Under the pieces are notes generated by a model. The model worked only from the letters and a program-made list of their open reading frames with translations, searched no databases and had not been told where the DNA came from. Below are positions 60,560-64,000 of a DNA stretch of 64,000 nt, piece by piece. The stretch comes from Candidatus Omnitrophota bacterium (GTDB lineage: Bacteria > Omnitrophota > Gorgyraeia > Pluralincolimonadales > Pluralincolimonadaceae). Numbering within the stretch: position 1 is the first letter of the stretch; every line of letters starts with the position of its first letter. A program made the translations under genes and the position numbers. Where the stretch lies: the NCBI GenBank assembly GCA_041653595.1, contig JBAZFB010000005.1, forward strand, positions 32,075 to 96,074, read 5' to 3'.

Positions 60560-61607
60560 TTACAGGATAGCGGTCATACCCGGCGACGGGACAGGGCCGG
60601 AAGTGATAAACGAAGGACTTAAGGTCTTAAAAGCCGCAAGCGATAAGTTCGGCTTCAAATACGAGACGAAGGTATTCGATTTCAGCGGCGAACGCTACCT
60701 GAGGACAGGAAAGACCGTCGAGGATAAAGATGTCGAGGAGCTCAGGAAATATAACGCGATCTATCTCGGCGCTGTCGGGCATCCTGATGTAAAGCCAGGC
60801 ATCCTCGAACAGCAGGTCCTTCTTAAATTGCGGTTTTCGCTAGACCAGTATATAAACCTCCGCCCGGTAAAGCTCTATAACTCGGCATACTGCCCGCTCA
60901 AGGACAAGAAACCGGAGGATATAGATTTTGTCGTCGTGCGAGAGAATTCGGAAGGCCTCTACAAGGGGATGGGCGAGTTCCAGAAGAAAGGGTCTGATGA
61001 AGAGGTGGCTATACAGATCTCTTATAACACCCGCAAGGGCGTCGAGCGCTGTATCCGTTACGCTTTCGAGTTATGCAAGAAGCGCAACAGGAAAAATAGG
61101 CTTACGCTCTGCGGAAAGACGAACGTCCTGACTTACGCCTGGGACTTATGGCAGAGGACGTTCAACGAGGTCGCGAAAGAGTTTCCCGAGGTCAAGACAG
61201 ATTACGCGCATGTCGACGCGACTACGATGTGGTTCGTCAAGAACCCGGAATGGTTCGACGTCATCGTGACAGACAACCTCTTCGGAGATATCATAACCGA
61301 CCTCGGCGCGATGATACAGGGCGGTATGGGTATCGCGGCCGGCGGGAACATCAACCCGAAGGGCGTATCGATGTTCGAGCCGATAGGCGGCTCAGCCCCG
61401 AAATACACGGGCCAGAACGTAATCAACCCCTTGGCCGCTATCTGCGCCGGCGGGATGATGCTCGAAAACCTCGGCGAGGAAAAAGCCGGAAAGGCGATAG
61501 AGGACGCGGTCATAAAGGTCGTGAACACGAAATTGAAGTCTCTCGCTGCCGGTAAAATGGGTTATTCAACAAGCGAAGTCGGCGATATGGTCGCCGTAAT
61601 GATATAA
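60552..61607 (+). CDS. leuB: 3-isopropylmalate dehydrogenase (short isocitrate/isopropylmalate dehydrogenase family)
   Basis: IAVIPGDGTGPEV and NLFGDIITDLGA motifs. Context with leuCD. Confidence 0.8.
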   Translation: MGNYRIAVIPGDGTGPEVINEGLKVLKAASDKFGFKYETKVFDFSGERYLRTGKTVEDKDVEELRKYNAIYLGAVGHPDVKPGILEQQVLLKLRFSLDQYINLRPVKLYNSAYCPLKDKKPEDIDFVVVRENSEGLYKGMGEFQKKGSDEEVAIQISYNTRKGVERCIRYAFELCKKRNRKNRLTLCGKTNVLTYAWDLWQRTFNEVAKEFPEVKTDYAHVDATTMWFVKNPEWFDVIVTDNLFGDIITDLGAMIQGGMGIAAGGNINPKGVSMFEPIGGSAPKYTGQNVINPLAAICAGGMMLENLGEEKAGKAIEDAVIKVVNTKLKSLAAGKMGYSTSEVGDMVAVMI

Positions 61608-61618
61608 GGGTTAAAGAA

Positions 61619-62650
61619 ATGAAAAGAAAAAGTAAATATAATGTAGTCGTTGTCGGAGTAGGTGTCGTAGGGATAGAGATGCTGCGCGTATTGCGCCAGC
61701 GGAATTTCCCGGTAGGAGACCTGCGGGTTTTGGCGCGCAGCGAAAGGGAGATAACCGTTGACGGAGAAAAATACTCTGTCCGGGCGATCTCACCTGAGGC
61801 GTTTGACGGGATGGACATAGCGCTTTTTGCCGGAACTGAGGGCGAGAAGGGCGCGGCTGTCACTTATGCCCCTGAGGCGGTAAAGAGGGGTTGCATCGTC
61901 ATAGATAACGGCGCCGATTTCAGGATGGACCCGAAAGTCCCCTTGGTCGTACCGGAAGTTAACGCCGCCGACGTCAAAAAGCATAAAGGGATAATCGCGA
62001 ACCCGAACTGTTCGACCATACAGATGGTCGTAGCGCTTAACCCGATCCACAAAAAGGTCGGGATAAAGAGGATAATCGTCACTACCCTGCAGGCGTCATC
62101 CGGCGCCGGAAAGAGCGCGGTAGATCAGTTGAAAGCAGAGGCGGCGGCGATCCACGCGAGCAGATACGAGAATATACACGTAGACGTCGAGCGCTCGATG
62201 CCGCAGCAGCTGGCATATAACGTCTTTCCACACATCGGCAGTTTCGTTGAATGTGATTATACCAACGAGGAGTGGAAGCTTGTCAACGAGACCCATAAGA
62301 TAATGCACGCGGATAAGATAAAGATCTCCGCGACCACCGTGAGGGTGCCTGTCAGGACCGGCCATTCCGAATCTGTATATATAGAGACAGGGAAACCGAT
62401 AAGCCCGGATAAGGTCAGGGCGCTCCTTTCGAGTTCGCCGGGCATCATAGTCGAGGATGACCCCAAGAAAGGCCTTTATCCCATGCCCAAGGACGCTGAG
62501 GGAAGGGATGAAACCTTTGTTGGCCGCATCCGCTCCGATTGTTTCGTAAAGAACGGGCTGTGGCTGTGGGTCGTAGCGGATAACCTGCGCAAGGGCGCCG
62601 CTACCAACGCGGTCCAGATCGCCGAATGCGTAATATCCTACTCAAAATAG
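61619..62650 (+). CDS. asd: Aspartate-semialdehyde dehydrogenase
   Basis: VVVGVGVVG Rossmann motif and active-site IIANPNCSTIQMVVAL. Confidence 0.9.
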   Translation: MKRKSKYNVVVVGVGVVGIEMLRVLRQRNFPVGDLRVLARSEREITVDGEKYSVRAISPEAFDGMDIALFAGTEGEKGAAVTYAPEAVKRGCIVIDNGADFRMDPKVPLVVPEVNAADVKKHKGIIANPNCSTIQMVVALNPIHKKVGIKRIIVTTLQASSGAGKSAVDQLKAEAAAIHASRYENIHVDVERSMPQQLAYNVFPHIGSFVECDYTNEEWKLVNETHKIMHADKIKISATTVRVPVRTGHSESVYIETGKPISPDKVRALLSSSPGIIVEDDPKKGLYPMPKDAEGRDETFVGRIRSDCFVKNGLWLWVVADNLRKGAATNAVQIAECVISYSK

Positions 62651-63360
62651 AATACGACGGCACCGATTACGCCGGTTGGCAGTCGCAGAAGAACGCAAAG
62701 AGCATACAGGATACTATAGAAGCCGCGCTTAATCGGATAACAGGCCGTAAAGCGCGGCTTATCTCTTGCGGGAGGACCGACTCCGGCGTCCACGCGTTAA
62801 GCCTGTTCGCGAATTTTAAGACCGAATCGAAGATCCCGCCCTTCAAGCTGCAGAGGGCGCTCAACAGCGTCCTGCCCAAGGATATAGCGATAAAGGAAGC
62901 GAAAGAAGCCCCGCTTAAATTCAATTCAAGGTTCGACGCTAAGTCTAAACTATACCGCTACACTATAATGAACGGCTCATCCCGGTCCGCGATCTCCGGG
63001 AATTTTACAGTTTATCTTCCTTATAAGCTTAATGTCGCATTGATGAAAAAAGAAGCGAAGGTCCTCGCGGGAAAGCATGACTTCAAATCGTTCCAGGCCG
63101 CGGACAGGGTTGAACGCTCCTCGGTCCGCACTATAAAGAAACTTGATATAAAAAAGAAGGGCGAGGCTATAATTATTGATATCGAGGCAGACGGATTTTT
63201 GTATAATATGGTAAGGAATATCGCCGGGACGTTGGTAGATATCGGCCGCGGAAAGCTTCCGGCAGGGAGCATGGTCCGTATCCTTAAAGCAAAGGATAGG
63301 GAACTTGCCGGTGAGACAGCCCCGGCGAAGGGGTTGTGCCTCATTGAGGTAAAATATTAG
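62626..63360 (+). CDS. truA: tRNA pseudouridine(38-40) synthase
   Basis: IEYDGTDYAGWQSQ and catalytic GRTDSGVHAL motifs. Confidence 0.9.
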   Translation: MRNILLKIEYDGTDYAGWQSQKNAKSIQDTIEAALNRITGRKARLISCGRTDSGVHALSLFANFKTESKIPPFKLQRALNSVLPKDIAIKEAKEAPLKFNSRFDAKSKLYRYTIMNGSSRSAISGNFTVYLPYKLNVALMKKEAKVLAGKHDFKSFQAADRVERSSVRTIKKLDIKKKGEAIIIDIEADGFLYNMVRNIAGTLVDIGRGKLPAGSMVRILKAKDRELAGETAPAKGLCLIEVKY

Positions 63361-63380
63361 CGGATTGGACTAATTTTCCC

Positions 63381-63408
63381 TTGACATTCCCTCGTATTAT
63401 GTTATAAT
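63381..63408 (+). promoter_or_regulatory. Candidate consensus sigma70 promoter (TTGACA-N16-TATAAT) for rplM-rpsI
   Basis: ttgaca at 63381-63386, a 16-nt spacer, and tataat at 63403-63408. A GAGGAAGG RBS follows before the ATG at 63449. Confidence 0.5.
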
Positions 63409-63448
63409 TCTTACTTCTTGGTGTTTACCTATCTGAGGAAGGCCTAAA

Positions 63449-63868
63449 ATGGTGAAAAAGGAAGAAAAAATATCGGAAAAATGGTTTATAGTCGATGCCG
63501 AAGGCAAGATCCTGGGAAGGGTCGCCGTGGCTGTCGCGCGCGTACTTTCGGGCAAAAATAAGCCCACGTACCGCAGGGATTTCAATACCGGCGACGGGGT
63601 AGTCGTCGTGAACGCCGCAAAGATAAAAGTGACCGGCAATAAGCTGAAGGCAAAAGAATATGACTGGTATTCGGGCTATCCCGGCGGCAGGAGATCCGAG
63701 ATGTTAGGGGATCTGCTCGTGAGGAAGCCGGAATACGTCATTACCCACGCGGTGAAAGGCATGCTGCCGAAGAACAAGGTCGGGAAGAGCGCGTTGGGCA
63801 AATTGAAAGTATTCGCGGGCAAGGAACATAACATGGCGGCCCAGAAACCCGAACCTTTAAAGGTATAA
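63449..63868 (+). CDS. rplM: 50S ribosomal protein L13
   Basis: WFIVDAEGKILGRVA...GKNKPTY...VVVVNA, a canonical L13 N-terminus. Confidence 0.95.
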   Translation: MVKKEEKISEKWFIVDAEGKILGRVAVAVARVLSGKNKPTYRRDFNTGDGVVVVNAAKIKVTGNKLKAKEYDWYSGYPGGRRSEMLGDLLVRKPEYVITHAVKGMLPKNKVGKSALGKLKVFAGKEHNMAAQKPEPLKV

Positions 63869-63880
63869 TACAGGAGCGAA

Positions 63881-64000
63881 ATGGAAGCGCAGGCATTATT
63901 TTTAGGTACAGGAAGAAGGAAAGAGTCGACGGCCAGGGTCATATTGAAACCCGGCTCAGGCCAGTTCGTCGTCAATAAAAGGACTATCGATGATTATTTT
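63881..64000 (+). CDS. rpsI: 30S ribosomal protein S9 (3'-truncated by window end)
   Basis: [19 protein letters not shown] matches the S9 N-terminus and follows rplM as usual. Confidence 0.85.
   Translation, partial: MEAQALFLGTGRRKESTARVILKPGSGQFVVNKRTIDDYF

Overview
This 64-kb bacterial window is almost entirely coding on the + strand. It has two parts.

Part one (about 1.3-38.0 kb) is a roughly 37-kb glycan / surface-polysaccharide biosynthesis locus. It contains at least 16 glycosyltransferases: GT2, GT4, GT9 heptosyltransferases, a GT28 MGDG-synthase-like enzyme, two GT-C ArnT/PMT-like membrane enzymes, and a WecA/MraY-type initiating phosphoglycosyltransferase. It also contains three NDP-sugar epimerase/reductase genes, a GmhB heptose-bisphosphate phosphatase, an AsnB-type amidotransferase, and an O-antigen-ligase/Wzy-like protein. 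Most unusually, it carries three paralogous B12-binding radical SAM enzymes interleaved with four class I SAM methyltransferases. Most gene junctions in this locus are ATGA/TAATG start-stop overlaps, which indicates long translationally coupled operons.

Part two (about 38-64 kb) is conserved housekeeping: family-4 UDG, priA, def-fmt, a CBS-domain protein followed by two tandem GalT-family paralogs, gap-pgk-tpiA-secG, a five-gene Opp/Dpp-type ABC transporter, marC, glgC, nth, thiG, a GNAT, leuCDB, asd, truA and rplM-rpsI.

No CRISPR arrays, rRNA or tRNA genes, transposases or integrases were seen.

The candidate new biology is the glycan locus itself: a heavily tailored, probably multiply methylated heptose-containing glycan or glycolipid. 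Its machinery includes unusual domain fusions (WecA::CapD-N, TuaH-like GT::DUF218, Trm112-like::methyltransferase) and a polyprenyl-phosphate-sugar synthase paired with GT-C transferases.

All calls rest on reading the translated ORFs and motifs. No database search was run. TTG/GTG starts and exact start codons are uncertain.
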